DNA of 63,141 nt, the filler included, from Globobulimina sp. (Eukaryota), in assembly GCA_003354225.1 (NCBI GenBank). It is 34 parts of 34 records of this genome, joined end to end, with 100 filler letters (N's around TTAATTAATTAA, not from the genome) between each part and the next. Parts side by side here need not be neighbours in the genome. Positions count along the whole stretch, not along the records: positions 26,051 to 27,810 come from PIVH01012251.1; positions 27,911 to 29,670 come from PIVH01012252.1; positions 29,771 to 31,530 come from PIVH01012253.1; positions 31,631 to 33,390 come from PIVH01012254.1; positions 33,491 to 35,250 come from PIVH01012255.1; positions 35,351 to 37,110 come from PIVH01012256.1; 28 more parts are not named here. One strand, given 5' to 3'. Positions 26,242 through 37,210 of the stretch are shown here, piece by piece. A program made the position numbers and the translations under genes. The first letter of the stretch is position 1. Each line of letters begins with the position of its first letter. A model generated the notes under the pieces. That model was not told where the DNA came from, did no database searches, and saw nothing but the letters and a program-made list of their open reading frames with translations.

Positions 26242-27810
26242 ATGTCACGGTTTCTCCAATCGTGTAGCCTCATTTTAATATGCACACTGTTACAAAACAC
26301 AGTGCATGTTACAGCTAACATTATCAACGCAGAAACAAACCAATACAGAAATACACAAATAACATGCGACCAAAATGAAGCGTGTACAATCAATTGTCAA
26401 CAGTCCAATTCATGCGAACACGCTTCCATCCAATTTCCAATCAATAATAAATGCCTAATCACATGTAATGCAGAATATTCATGTCAAGATTTAACAATCA
26501 ATGGCACACATTCTTCAGTATTAATTCTAAACGATTGTGCTAAGGGTAATAAATATACATGTTCTGGAATATCCATCTATTTTCCACCAAATGATAATGG
26601 AAAGCCAAGAGCTATACTTGATGTTGGAAACAATTTTAATTCGTTTTCAAATACATTAAAATTCTATGCTATCCATGGTTGGATTGATATAAATACTACA
26701 ATTTATACTGGTAATTACCAAACCGATATACGTGACGGTATCATGTATTGTTCATCAGATTATAATCAACAATGTGTATTTGACTCAAAACAATGGCAAT
26801 GTGCTGACACCAATCATGTATGCAATAATTATACAAGGTTTGTAATTGTATCTTTATTCACTATAGAAATCCAACAAAAACACTTTTCATTGACAGCCCC
26901 CACAAACACAGTTAAGATATATCTACAAATTTGTATATCAACTTTAATTGCTGACAAATTGTATACTGTATACATAATAATACAGCTGGCGACACCACCA
27001 ACAGCCCGAATTTGAATAAAATAATGGTAACAATATCAACTTTAAACGAAATATGGTACATAATCGGAGCAATGGTGATGTTTTTATGTTGCTTTTTAAG
27101 CGCATTATTATGTTTAATTCATCGTTCATATCGTGTCCACAACGAAGCTTCTGAAGGCTTAAAAGTCGCAGAAACAGAATTGAAAGAATTCAAAACCATG
27201 CATGACATCCTAGTCTTTGATGGAGTTTCTGGCGTTGTTGGTAGTACAAACTCAGCCAAATCGTTTTCAATCCCTTCCGGCGTATCGCCTGCTACACCAA
27301 TTCCGAAATCAAAACCATGTTCAACTGCTTCGCGTTCTGCTCCCAATCTGTTGGCAGAGTCCAGTCAACAAACTGCATTCACCGACGAGAAACATTCCAG
27401 CGATCATAAATCATCGAAAAAACTGCGCGTGAAAAGTAAAAAAAACATGCAAAAATACCCAGCCGTACCGAACAAATTAGGAATCGATGAATGGGATCCT
27501 GTCACACCAGCCAATTCTGTGCAAAAGCTCCATCCAAACCGAACCAACAGAAACAAGAATATGGTGCCAATGTTTTCCCACAACCCACCTTCCATCGTCT
27601 CCTTCTCCAGCAACAAACCGCCACATAACACGCGCGAATTAGGAGTGCATTTATCGCAAATCAACCGCTTACTGGCACGCGCAACACGTTCGCGTTCGCA
27701 TTCCGATTCGCATTCACATTCGCCTTCGCAAAGTCTGAACACGGAGGCAAACACATTGATGACATTTAAAACTATGAATACTATGCAGACCTTTATGATG
27801 ATTGAGAGTG
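26242..27810 (+). CDS. Cys-rich single-pass membrane protein, 3' partial; introns 26838-26896 and 26911-26985 around a 14-nt micro-exon
   Basis: Signal peptide, C.I.C....SC repeats, TM helix, low-complexity tail; the splice model keeps frame with ORF 27012. Confidence 0.7.
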
Positions 27811-27910
27811 NNNNNNNNNNNNNNNNNNNNNNNNNNNNNNNNNNNNNNNNNNNNTTAATTAATTAANNNNNNNNNNNNNNNNNNNNNNNNNNNNNNNNNN
27901 NNNNNNNNNN

Positions 27911-29289
27911 ACTCTGCAGGCGTTGGTCCCTATTTATCCATGCAGCGCACCCGCATGTTATTAGCATTACGCATCAACGTATTGGCCAAAGGACACTCCG
28001 GCATCACAGTAGCAACGTTATCCACTCTGATCAGAGCATTAAACGAAAACTGCATATCCTGTGTGCCCATCAAAGGCACAGTCGGTGCCAGCGGCGACTT
28101 GGCTCAGTTAGCACATTTAGCATTGGGTTTATTGGGCGAAGGTGAAATGTGGCATCATTCCCACGATCAGCATACTCCTGCAATGGACGTGCACTGTCAA
28201 GAATTTCTCCCAATGAATGCCTCGGAGGTACTTAAACTACACAACATGAAACCGCTGGACTTGGCAGCCAAAGAAGGCTTAGCATTGATAAATGGAACAC
28301 AGTTCATAACTTCCTTGGGCTGTGAAGCGTTACTACGTAGTGAAAAATTGGCGCGTCAGACGGATGTGGTGGCGGCGTTGAGTTTGGAAGCATTGAAAGG
28401 TACACCGAGAGCTTACTATCCGTCCATACATTTAGCGCGGCCACATGATGGGCAATTATTTAGTGCGGGTTTACTGCGCAATTTGTTGCATAACCCGTCC
28501 AAAGGGGAAGATTTTATATCTGAGATAGCGATATCGCATAAAGATTGCGGCAAAGTGCAAGATGCGTATACATTGAGGTGCGCACCGCAAGTACATGGCA
28601 TTGTGCATGACACGTTGCGCTTTGTGAGGGGCATATTGTGCACAGAGATCAACAGCGGTACGGACAATCCCATGATCTTTGCAGACAACGACAAGAATTA
28701 TAAAATCATCTCTGGCGGTAACTTCCATGGGGAATATCCAGCGAAGGTGTTGGACTATTTAGCCATCGCAGTGTCGGAATTAGGCAATATGAGTGAACGT
28801 AGAATAGAACGATTGAATAATCCGACTTTGAGTGACTTGCCTGCGTTTTTAGTCGAGTCTGAGCCTGGGCTGAACAGTGGGTTTATGATTGCTCATTGTA
28901 CGGCGGCAGCGCTGGTGTCTGAGAATAAGGTTTTATGCCATCCATCGTCTGTGGATTCGTTGTCTACGTCGGCTGCGAAAGAGGACCATGTGTCAATGGG
29001 GGGCTTTTCAGCGAGGAAAGCGTTGCAAGTGGTGGAGAATGTGGAGACTATAATTGCTGTGGAATTGATGTGTGCGGCACAGGGGATTGATTTGTTGAGA
29101 CCATTGAAGTCTACAAAGCCGTTGGAATCGGTGCATAAAACTGTGAGGAGAGTGGTGAAGAAATTGGATCATGATAGGTTTATGACACCGGATATTGAAG
29201 AATGTTTGAAATTAATTAAACAAAATAAAATATGGCTGGCTGTGAAGGATTATATTCCTATGCATAATCATAAATTATCAAAATTATAA
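27911..29289 (+). CDS. HAL: Histidine ammonia-lyase (histidase), 5' partial; C-terminal SKL
   Basis: [10 protein letters not shown] (MIO-forming ASG), [42 protein letters not shown]. Confidence 0.97.
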
Positions 29290-29409
29290 TTAATGTTCAC
29301 ATACATAATGATGTAGTGACTCGTGTTTAATATAAATTAATTTAATAGTTTGAACATGCACACCACATAACACATCATTGGTTTAAAAGCTTCAATTGAG
29401 GATCTTCAA

Positions 29410-29478
29410 AAAAAAATTAACATCGCCAATAAACAAATTAATGCATTAGTTGATTTTTATTGGCGATGTTGATTTTTT
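29410..29478. repeat. ~70-bp near-perfect palindrome downstream of HAL
   Basis: AATTAACATCGCCAATAAA ... TTTATTGGCGATGTTGATT arms centred on TAATGCATTA. Confidence 0.85.
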
Positions 29479-30557
29479 GTTTGCATTGTTTGAATGGCCT
29501 TGCATTCTTTCTCTAGCCTATTAATTTTTAACATATCTTTTTCCCGAGAAACATATTGAAGTTTATTCAAAATTAAATTTGTAACAAAACAAACACACGC
29601 GCCATATTCTCTCAATGAAAACGAAGTAATTATCGATCACTTCCGCAACTGCCGTGATTTGGATTGTATANNNNNNNNNNNNNNNNNNNNNNNNNNNNNN
29701 NNNNNNNNNNNNNNTTAATTAATTAANNNNNNNNNNNNNNNNNNNNNNNNNNNNNNNNNNNNNNNNNNNNTAATGCGGCTTTATGCTAGAGCTGTTGCAA
29801 GAAAGCTTGATAAACGGCTAATTTAGTTTTTTCCATGTGATACTGTTGTAAATTGTCATATCATATGATTGTTAATTGTTGATTACGGTTGGACAAAATA
29901 ACTTTGTCAGTTGAAATGGGATCACATACATTACATACATAACACGGTTTTGAAGGCATATGTATTTATCAAATCTCAAATTACGGTCGCCAACGGCAAT
30001 ATTTGGATAGGGCCTGGGTTTTTGGCATAAATATGTAAGTATAAAGCACTGTAGATTTTCTCATAAGCGCAGATTACAGTGAGCCATGGTCCAAATTTAC
30101 TTGCAGTCAGTCATTTGTCCTTAATAAAGGACGGCTTATGTCATATTAGAGCAGTGGAGAGTACGAATATACAACTACATTTGTCGTTATACAGATACTG
30201 TATATGCAAGATGGTTACAACAAGATTGTAGGTATGTAGTACATATGTGCGTGTAATATGTGCAAATGTGCTAGGCATCGATTGTTTGGCGTTCGTTGTA
30301 TTATCAGCGCATCCATATCATAACCATTATAGGATATATGAGTGTTACTCCATATTGGCATCAATTCGATTTTAAAACAATGCGGAAATTGTTTACAATT
30401 GTGTGGTCAAGTCGGTCTGAGAACACTGTAAAACAATACAAACGAGAATTACAACAGTGGGTACAGTGATAAGACCCCGTCCCCTGTAGTACGCTAATAT
30501 GTTCATGTAGTACATGCATTCGGGGGATCATATTATCATTCTGTCAATGAATAACCC

Positions 30558-30667
30558 GTGTTACCTTAAATGACCCTGGTACGGACTGGCATTGTCTGAA
30601 GGGTGAGGGGACAGCTGGACTTCACAGCCTTCTGACAATATCTAGAGTCCAGGTAACCTGGTAACAC
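30558..30667. repeat. 110-bp interrupted inverted repeat (structured element/ncRNA candidate)
   Basis: Nested pairs GTGTTACC/GGTAACAC, GGACT/AGTCC, ATTGTC/GACAAT, GAAGG/CCTTC, GTGA/TCAC. Confidence 0.55.
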
Positions 30668-30789
30668 AACAAATAGACCACACCAAACTCTCAGAGTCAG
30701 ACTGTGAAAAGACAACACGACTTCTTCAACAGAACAAGCAATGTTTCAAAACATTTTCTTACACAGACAAAAGAATAAATGAGAAATGG

Positions 30790-31062
30790 ATGTCAACACA
30801 ACAAGCAATATTTCACAGATATGATGAACTTCTACAACATTGTGATTGCGAGAAAGAGGTTCAGTTTGTCATTGAGAAGTGTAAACTACAGCTAAAACAA
30901 ACAAAGATGAAATTTAGCAAATTGAAGAATCAAGAATTGCAGCACCAACTGATGCTGGCAACAATGGATATCACAGACACTATAGAAACATTATTGATAA
31001 GTTTTAAACAGCATTGTGACGCTACGGCTTTGTCAGAAATCCAAAGATATGCATCAATGTAA
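30790..31062 (+). CDS. Small hypothetical helical protein
   Basis: 90-aa ATG ORF; 3' end overlaps the convergent gene by 9 nt. Confidence 0.4.
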   Translation: MSTQQAIFHRYDELLQHCDCEKEVQFVIEKCKLQLKQTKMKFSKLKNQELQHQLMLATMDITDTIETLLISFKQHCDATALSEIQRYASM

Positions 31063-31530
31063 GTGCTCCAATGATAATAATCTGAACAATAAATTGGCAC
31101 AATGTTTGAAGTGTTGAGGCAACGTTTCTCGTATTACTTCCTCTGTCACAGTTGATGGGTCAATCTTCTGTAGATTGTTGTGTATTTGTAAAAAATGTTG
31201 AAAACCTATTTGTTTCTCCAGTTGCATTCTCAACAATTCCGCTTCATGTTCAGGTGCTAAAATATCCACCATTTGCATAGCTTGGTTCTCTAATGAGTGT
31301 AATTGAGAATCCTGTATATTGTTGAATAGATATGTGTCAATGATATCTCATACGAGAAGAGTAAGTAAAACATACAAAAGTTGTCGGAGATGAAGTCGAT
31401 ACATTGACATCTAATTTTTGCACGATCTCAATCTGAATTCTGTATTGTTTAGCTTAGTTTTATTAGAGCTGTGATAAATAATGTAGTTACATACTGTGGT
31501 GATGATTTGTTCTTGTTGCGGTTTTGTTTT
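31054..31530 (-). CDS. C-terminal exons of a protein with a NEK1/NEK11-like tail domain
   Basis: Two GTATGT..CAG introns keep frame; ELLRMQLEKQIGFQHF..IH..L motif. Confidence 0.45.
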
Positions 31531-31630
31531 NNNNNNNNNNNNNNNNNNNNNNNNNNNNNNNNNNNNNNNNNNNNTTAATTAATTAANNNNNNNNNNNNNN
31601 NNNNNNNNNNNNNNNNNNNNNNNNNNNNNN

Positions 31631-31906
31631 GAAAAAATGATTACTAATAAATTAGATAATATTAGACAAACTAATATGGAATTACAACTTGAAAAATTAA
31701 TGAAATACGGAGAAGAAGTTGAAGAAATTGATGAAGGTTTAATTGTAATTCCGGATGATATGAATATTGCTATTGGAGTAACTGGTAATGATTATCAAAA
31801 TAATTTTGGTATTGGGATTACTGTTGATTATCAAAATAATTTCGGTATTGGAACTACTGTTGATTATGGAATAGGAACAGGAGTAACAGGATCTGGCATT
31901 TTCTAA
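31631..31906 (+). CDS. C-terminal fragment of a putative viral protein with 12-aa repeats
   Basis: Open from the contig edge; DYQNNFGIG(I/T)TV repeats; 35-bp gap to the next gene. Confidence 0.55.
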   Translation, partial: EKMITNKLDNIRQTNMELQLEKLMKYGEEVEEIDEGLIVIPDDMNIAIGVTGNDYQNNFGIGITVDYQNNFGIGTTVDYGIGTGVTGSGIF

Positions 31907-31941
31907 ATGACTTAAAATTAAAATATTATATAAATATAAGA

Positions 31942-32685
31942 ATGTTCAAAAGAACTTATATTTATATTAAAACTTGTAATCATTGTGGATTAAAATATTT
32001 AGGTAAATCTTGTAGAAAAACTGAAGAGTCAGTTCATAAATATACTGGAAGTGGTCTACATTGGGAGCCACATTTGAAAAAACATGGTAAAGGTTATAAA
32101 TCAGTTATTATTAATTATTTTAATGATAATGAAAAACAACATTGTAAAGATTTTTGTTTATATGTAAGTGAGTTTTTTGATATTGTAAAATCTAAAAAAT
32201 GGGCTAATATGAAATTTGAAAATGGTTTAGATGGTGGAAGAGATAAAGGTATAATACCTTGGAATAAAGGATTAAAAAATTGTTATAGTGAAGACACATT
32301 AAAAATAATGAGTGAAAAACGTAAAGGAGCAATGCCTTGGAATAAAGGATTAAAAGATATATATAATGAAGATACACTATCAAAAATGAGTGAAGCTGGT
32401 AGAAATAGAATATTTACAGAAGAAACAAGAAAAAAAATGAGTGAAATAGGTAAGAATAGAGTATTTAGCGAAGAAACAAGAAAAAAATTAAGTGAATCAA
32501 ATAAAGGACATGGTGTAAAAAGCAAAACAAGAGAAAAAATAAGTAAAAAATTAAAATCTAATCCAAAAATTAAATGTCCTCATTGTGATAAATTAAGTGA
32601 TAAAAGTAACGCAATAAGATGGCATTTTGATAAATGTATTGAAAATCCCGAAAGTGAAAGATATAAGAAAAAATATAATAAATAA
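31942..32685 (+). CDS. GIY-YIG homing endonuclease with NUMOD3-type repeats and C-terminal Zn-finger
   Basis: TYIYIK....GLKYLGKS, YTGSG.HW..HLKKHG, WANMKFENGLDGG; PWNKG and (S/T)EETRKKMSE repeats; CPHC...RWHFDKC. Confidence 0.9.
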   Translation: MFKRTYIYIKTCNHCGLKYLGKSCRKTEESVHKYTGSGLHWEPHLKKHGKGYKSVIINYFNDNEKQHCKDFCLYVSEFFDIVKSKKWANMKFENGLDGGRDKGIIPWNKGLKNCYSEDTLKIMSEKRKGAMPWNKGLKDIYNEDTLSKMSEAGRNRIFTEETRKKMSEIGKNRVFSEETRKKLSESNKGHGVKSKTREKISKKLKSNPKIKCPHCDKLSDKSNAIRWHFDKCIENPESERYKKKYNK

Positions 32686-32723
32686 TTAAGTTAGAATTAA
32701 AATACTATTAATGAATATATAAT

Positions 32724-33390
32724 ATGAATTCATTAATAAATCCATTTCTTTTATTAGGTTTAGATGTTCATGATAACAAAATTAATTTAAGTAAAGTTAA
32801 AAAAACTTACCATAATCTGAGTTTATTAACACATCCTGATAAAGGTGGAAGTGCTACCGATTTTATGATTGTTCATAATGCCTACAACTATGTTTTAGAA
32901 CAGGTTGAACAATCAAAAGATATGGTTGATATGGAAATATTAGAAGAAGATTTTAAGAACTTCTGTTTAGATAATAAAATAAAAGAATTACCAAGTTTAT
33001 TAGATATTAGAGATGAAACTGCCCTATTTAATAAAAAGTTTAATGAAGAATGGGAAGAACAGAAAATTGATTGTGAAATTATTAACCCATTTGATATGGA
33101 TAATGGTTACGGAAATTTGATGGAAGAAAGTTCTATTATCCCAGAAGAATCAGAACAAAAAGATGATAAAGATATTAAATTAACAAATAAATTTAAAAGA
33201 GATATTATGATTTTCACAGAACCAAAAGCATTACCAGATAATTACGGAACATGTCAACGTTACGATGTTACAGAAGTTGATAATTTTGGTAATTTACCAC
33301 AACAAATGTATGATTATAGAGAAACACATTCCGAAATTAATCCAAATGTTCCTAAGATTGAAGATAAGATTGAAGATAAACCTGATGATA
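32724..33390 (+). CDS. J-domain (DnaJ) protein of NCLDV type, 3' partial
   Basis: INPFLLLG...HPDKGG...F..VHNAY; downstream FNKKFNEEWE...GYG.LM and IMIFTEPKAL motifs recalled from giant-virus J proteins; no introns. Confidence 0.8.
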
Positions 33391-33490
33391 NNNNNNNNNN
33401 NNNNNNNNNNNNNNNNNNNNNNNNNNNNNNNNNNTTAATTAATTAANNNNNNNNNNNNNNNNNNNNNNNNNNNNNNNNNNNNNNNNNNNN

Positions 33491-35250
33491 TGAATAACAT
33501 TCCGTTGCACATTTATGCAAATGTTGAATATCTCTTAATTTTCTCGATCTGCGCAATTTCACACATCGAGACATTGTTTTTTCCAATAATTCATATTGCG
33601 TTTTAAACAGTAATTTATCATTTACGCATAAACCAGAATATAACAACATTAATCTAACCACCATCACAAAATTCAAGTCGGCTTTACCACCAATAATGTC
33701 ATGTGCGTGTATTAAAGGACCATCATTGATATTCATTCTATTTAATATTTCTACAACTTTTTCCGCTCGTAAATCGATGCTATTTTCCTCCAAAACCTCC
33801 CGTAAATTGAATAAATCGCTACGAAATAAATTCAATAATACAAAAAATATTTTGCAGGATCGAAAATCCATCGAGAAATTATTAACACTCAAATTGGTCC
33901 CAATCAATCTCCAATTTATCCAATTTAGCACGACATCTTCAGATGAAAATTTTTTCAAATCGCAAACGTTTTTTATTTTTGTATACGAGGTAACACTTTG
34001 ATGCTTCATGCCGTTGATAAGCATAATTGGCTCAAAATAAGAACGACTATCAACAATATCATCTAATTTGTCTTTGGTTAATTCTAGCAATGAGGTAAAA
34101 TAACCGCAAAAATATCTTTTCCATTTATTTAACAAATTACTGTTTTTATGCATCATTCCTTCATCATTTTCATCGCCATTCTCTGCCAATGCCTGCGTTC
34201 TCCATTGCGATAAATCAGCTAATAATCTTTGTATATGTTCGGATGAGGACTGTTTTAAATCATTATATTTGAATTTATAAAATGATAAATTATTCTCAAT
34301 CACTGATATATGTTTTCTATATCGAAATACATCCATTTGGATTCTCTCTTTTTTGGTGAGTATGGCTACATTTCTCCATCGCAAAAATATTTTCTTTGCT
34401 GAGATTTGAAAAGCTCGATATTTACCAACTATCTCTCGGATTCGTTGTTGTTTGATAAATACGAATTGTTTCCATGCTTTAAATGCGCCCTTTTTCCGAT
34501 CAAATCTCCACATTCCCAATATATGATCAATTAATTTTGCTGAACCATCTTGTTCTGCGTCGACCAAATCGGAAGTTTTATCTTTTAATCGTGATTGTAA
34601 TAATGCTAATTTCTTATTACTTGTTTTTCTCTCTGTGGACAGTTCTCTATATTTTGAAAAATAAGTGTTCAATTTTAAAAAGTTAATATCTATTGCTTCT
34701 TCTTTATAATCTACGAATATTGCACAAAATAGCTCTTTTCTAAAAGGCGACAATGCTTCTTTATATCTTGGCGATTCACTTAATTTATTAAATAAATCGC
34801 AGACAATCGCGATACGAGACTTCGAAGGACTTTGTTCACGTTCTGTTGCTTTTAATATTTCAAAAAGTCGAACTTTACAATATAATGAACATGAATTAAA
34901 GCCATAGTCTTCATTTTGGTATTGGACAAACCAGGTTTTCAACATAGACTGATATAATATTTGCTTCTTATCGTCTAGTTCTATATAGTTTGGATGGATT
35001 CTGTTTAACAGCGGTTTTGCTTTGCTATAATTATAGGAGTTTGGAGGGTTTGTTCTATGCGACAAAGGGAGCTTATTTTTCTGCTTTTTGTTATGCTTCT
35101 TGGTTTTGAAGCGAAACGGGTGGCTATATGTATATGGTGCGTTTGGATTAGAAGCGATGTCCGGTGCTATATTCTGCAATTTTAATGGTGGAATAGTTGG
35201 AGGATTGTTAGTGACAATATATTTGTTATTTAAATCATCATTGTTGGTTA
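33491..35250 (-). CDS. Coiled-coil protein with calponin-homology domain, partial at both ends
   Basis: SEDVVLNWINWRL..VNNFSMDFRS...RAEKVVE...DIIGGKADLN (fimbrin-like CH domain); F.AWK/F.RWR repeats. Confidence 0.7.
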
Positions 35251-35350
35251 NNNNNNNNNNNNNNNNNNNNNNNNNNNNNNNNNNNNNNNNNNNNTTAATT
35301 AATTAANNNNNNNNNNNNNNNNNNNNNNNNNNNNNNNNNNNNNNNNNNNN

Positions 35351-37110
35351 AATGACACTGGTACATTCACAGTGTTATTAAATGACAATTTATGCCAAAA
35401 TGGTGTTGCTTGTGATATTTTGGATGAGTTAAATGAATGGATTAATAATAATAATTTTGACAGCGACGGCATCATCGAAGATATTCGCATTGCACAAAAT
35501 AAAGGCAATAATGAATCAAATTTATATCAGTTTTGTTGTTTGAAAAATCAAATTAAATGTTTTAATGGAATTAAACAATTTGTAAATATGCATCTGGGTA
35601 TTTGTTTACATAGTTTCTTTGTTTTTTGTTTGCCAAAATGTACGGAAACGTTTTATTATTTTTTTTTGTGTATGTAGCAAATTCAATTATTTCGTCGACG
35701 AATCCAAGAGTAAGTAGTGGGAGTGAAGAAAAACGGACTGATCCCGGTATGTAATGTATCTGTAATATATATCCGAATTGGTGTGCAATGATTTTGAGTG
35801 AGCCACTTTGCTGTTTTTGTGTGTGTTTCACTTTAAAATCATGCATGTTTGCTTCTACACAGAGTGTGTGAACGAGAATGAAATGAAATTAAATAATGTG
35901 AAGAGAGGCAGCAAAGAGTATGTATTTGGCCAACGATATTATTATTGGCCGCAATATAAAGACAATGCATGGTATATACCATGTAAATATAGCACATTAA
36001 AAGAGGAAACTTTACATTTTATGGATTTGAATATATTCAATTGCTGTTATATCAAAGCCATTAAATTATTGATCGAATCAGACTCATTACGTAAACTAAA
36101 GAGCAACAATGATGGCATAAAATTAGGCTATGATATTGGCGACAATTTGCCATTAAATATTGAGAATATATTATCGATTATATTTTATTCCGATTTTGAT
36201 GTATTATCATATTCATTCAAATCAACGTTCCGTAAAATAACTGTCAATGAAAGTGACATTGCGCAAAAAAGCAGACATAGCCTCTATTGTAATTGGAGCA
36301 AAATATTGACGCAAACTGTGCATTGTTGGGGCACGCAATTTTGGTTTAATAAAATTGATGTTTTATATCATAACACCACATTTATGCATTACGCTCTGTA
36401 TACCGCTACTTTCAACGCACCCACTTCGATGACACGCTACCTCGAGGTATGCTGCTTAAATGTTTTTGTTTCAGTCACATAATGGCAATGCGCAAAGGTT
36501 GCAGCCATGTACAGCGAGCCGGACGGCGTTATTCTGGAACTGAGTCAATATCCAAAAGTGCGCGCCAAATATTTCAATTGTGCCTTGATCAGTTGCTATG
36601 GCTACGAGGATGAACTATTATTTATGCCGGATGATAAATCGATGGATATTGTCTCCATTCGGGTCTTCAAATATGACCAAGATCACAAATGTTTCATTAA
36701 AGCAATGCGGTTATTTAATAAAGTGACCACTGCGACAATATTATCCACATTGGAGAGGTATGAGATCATTGAAAGTGACTATGTTATCATTCAGCGCCTG
36801 ATTGGAAATAAAAATAACTTCCCCTCATACATTAATGAGTCATTTAATAGATATTGTTTGGAGAAAAAAAGAATAAAAATGGATATATTTTGCTTAAAAG
36901 ACAAAAGATATTATTACAAATATAATAAATTGTTTCTGCATTCATATCATTTGAATTTATTGCGATTTGATTATATTTGTACATTGTTTCCGAATATTGT
37001 ATCGATTGAGTCCTGGGATACGGGCATTGTTACGTCACTGTATCTGATTGCATTGAAAAACATGTTGGTGTCGATAAAGAAAATGGGGAAAGAAATAAAA
37101 TTAAAAGAGA
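35351..37110 (+). CDS. Hypothetical protein with divergent ADP-ribosyltransferase-like domain, partial; introns ~35598-35678, ~35748-35862, 36447-36497
   Basis: Spliced order ILSIIFYSD..FKSTFR / VLYH / PTSMT..LEVA..Y / GVILEL / ISCYGYEDELLF parallels the ART R-STS-ExE layout. Confidence 0.55.
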
Positions 37111-37210
37111 NNNNNNNNNNNNNNNNNNNNNNNNNNNNNNNNNNNNNNNNNNNNTTAATTAATTAANNNNNNNNNNNNNNNNNNNNNNNNNNNNNNNNNN
37201 NNNNNNNNNN

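Noticed and set aside
30594-30638. SECIS element or U1 snRNA in the hairpin
   Set aside because: No apical AA motif or convincing GA quartet; the minus strand has TTACCTGG but lacks the ACTTACC start, the U1 loops and the Sm site
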